From a virus (taxonomy: Duplodnaviria > Caudoviricetes): DNA of 27,465 bases. The DNA lies in IMG/VR virus record IMGVR_UViG_3300035002_000023, positions 1 to 27,465 of that record, one strand, 5' to 3'. This document shows positions 26,342 to 27,465 of the stretch, one piece after another (position 1 is the stretch's first letter; every line of letters begins with the position of its first letter). The notes under the pieces are model-generated. The model made no database searches, was not told the DNA's origin, and was given only the letters and a program-made list of their open reading frames with translations. Both the position numbers and the translations under genes were made by a program.

Positions 26342-27061
26342 ATGGACCCCAACGTGCCCCGCGGCGCGGCGATGCTGCTCGATTTCATTGCCGGGCTCGA
26401 AACCAACCGGCCGGGCGAGGCCGGCTACCAGACCATCATCGGCTATCGCAACGAGAAGCCCGGCACGCTGCCGAGGCCGATTACCGGGATGTCGCTCGAG
26501 GAGCTGCTGGCCGAGCAGAAGCGCTGGGTGAAGAACCTCAAGGCGCCGAGCGGCGCCGCCGGGCGCTACCAGATCATCCGGCCGACCCTGCTCAGCCTCA
26601 TTGCCGAACTCGGGCTGCCACTATCGGCGACCTTTACTCCCGACCTGCAGGATCGCCTCGGGTTCGCCCTGCTGAAACGCCGCGGCTGGAACCAGTTCGC
26701 CGCCAGAACCCTGTCGCTGCGTGACTTCGGCAATCGCCTGGCGCGCGAATGGGCGAGTGTTCCGGTGCTCAGCCGGCAGCAGGGGGCACATCGCACCGTC
26801 GAGCGCGGCGAAAGCTACTATGCCGGCGACGGCATCAACGCCTCGCTGGCCCGGGCCTCGGAGACCGAAGCCGTACTGGCCGAGGTGCTGAGCGCACTGG
26901 CCCTGCCGGTGCCGGCCCCTGGCCCCGCCCCTGCTCCCGCTCCCGCGCAACCCCAGCCCGGCCTGCCCGCCCGACGCGGCTGGCTCGGCTGGACCATCCT
27001 GGCGCTGCTCGTTGCCGCGGGCCTCGTCACCGCCGCCTTCACCCTCCCGCTTCCGTTCTGA
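26342..27061 (+). CDS. Endolysin, lambda-R-like lytic transglycosylase, with C-terminal TM
   Basis: LLDFIAGLE (catalytic Glu position), GAAGRYQII, FTPDLQD, WASVP; Pro/Ala linker then a hydrophobic helix; GGAG RBS. Confidence 0.85.
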   Translation: MDPNVPRGAAMLLDFIAGLETNRPGEAGYQTIIGYRNEKPGTLPRPITGMSLEELLAEQKRWVKNLKAPSGAAGRYQIIRPTLLSLIAELGLPLSATFTPDLQDRLGFALLKRRGWNQFAARTLSLRDFGNRLAREWASVPVLSRQQGAHRTVERGESYYAGDGINASLARASETEAVLAEVLSALALPVPAPGPAPAPAPAQPQPGLPARRGWLGWTILALLVAAGLVTAAFTLPLPF

Positions 27062-27072
27062 GGACACCCGAA

Positions 27073-27465
27073 ATGACCGCCTTCCTGTCTTCCATCGCCA
27101 CCCAGTGGTGGCTCCGTCGCCTGTGGGATTGGGGCGGCCAGCTGTCCGGCTGGCTGGGCGGCCTGCTGGCCCTCTATGGCCTGATGCCGGCCGATATGCA
27201 GCACACCCTCCTCGCCATTCTCGGTGGCCGGTGGGGCGAGATCAGCCTCGCTTCGGCCGGCGGCTTCCTCGTCTGGGCTATCACCCAGTGGCGCTCCTAC
27301 GTCGCGACGGTGAAGCCGCAGATCGTCACCAAGGCCGGCAAGCGGGCGGAGCTGCGCGAGCTGCCCCGCGGCACCATCAGCGCCGTCGAGGAATTCGCCC
27401 ATACCGCCATCCTCAAGCGCGGCGAGACCCTGGTCGAAAAACTCCTCAGACTGGGGAGGCCGTGA
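27073..27465 (+). CDS. Putative holin (130 aa)
   Basis: AGGA RBS, ATG 27073; two hydrophobic segments and a charged C-terminal tail; directly after the endolysin. Confidence 0.6.
   Translation: MTAFLSSIATQWWLRRLWDWGGQLSGWLGGLLALYGLMPADMQHTLLAILGGRWGEISLASAGGFLVWAITQWRSYVATVKPQIVTKAGKRAELRELPRGTISAVEEFAHTAILKRGETLVEKLLRLGRP

Noticed and set aside
26749-27072. N-terminal extension of the holin ORF, or an embedded spanin
   Set aside because: Arg/Pro-rich off-frame overlap with the endolysin, with no lipobox or signal peptide seen; a good RBS and ATG exist at 27073.
1-27465. CtrA box (TTAA-N7-TTAA) as GTA-type regulation; tRNA/att site; integrase
   Set aside because: Only isolated TTAA tetramers were seen; no tRNA, integrase or att-like repeat was recognised in the window.

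Overview
High-GC window containing one virion morphogenesis and lysis cluster of a short-tailed (podovirus-like) element, probably in an alphaproteobacterial chromosome. The gene order is P22-like: terL, portal, scaffold, major capsid, two small head genes, gp4-like adaptor, gp10-like hub, needle-position protein, ejection (internal virion) proteins, tail fibres, then a lambda-R-like endolysin and a holin. No replication, integration or repressor genes fall inside the window. Five things are unusual. (1) Four different host-type REP/REPIN palindromes sit between intact head genes, suggesting long chromosomal residence. (2) The segment from the adaptor 3' end to the tail-fibre 5' end occurs twice in tandem (about 7725-11952 and about 11953-19292). 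In the first copy the structural genes are deleted or decayed, but an ejection-protein pair survives, so the element encodes two divergent ejection modules. (3) Each module is followed by a cluster of antisense small membrane-protein genes at the P22 sieA position, including three paralogous G(I/V)TDPLA peptides. (4) An antisense moron encodes a Kelch-propeller + GT4 glycosyltransferase fusion whose two halves resemble, from recall, two separate plant protein families. (5) Three hairpins sharing an RCGAYA loop precede the scaffold gene. All family assignments come from motifs and synteny read by eye; no searches were run.
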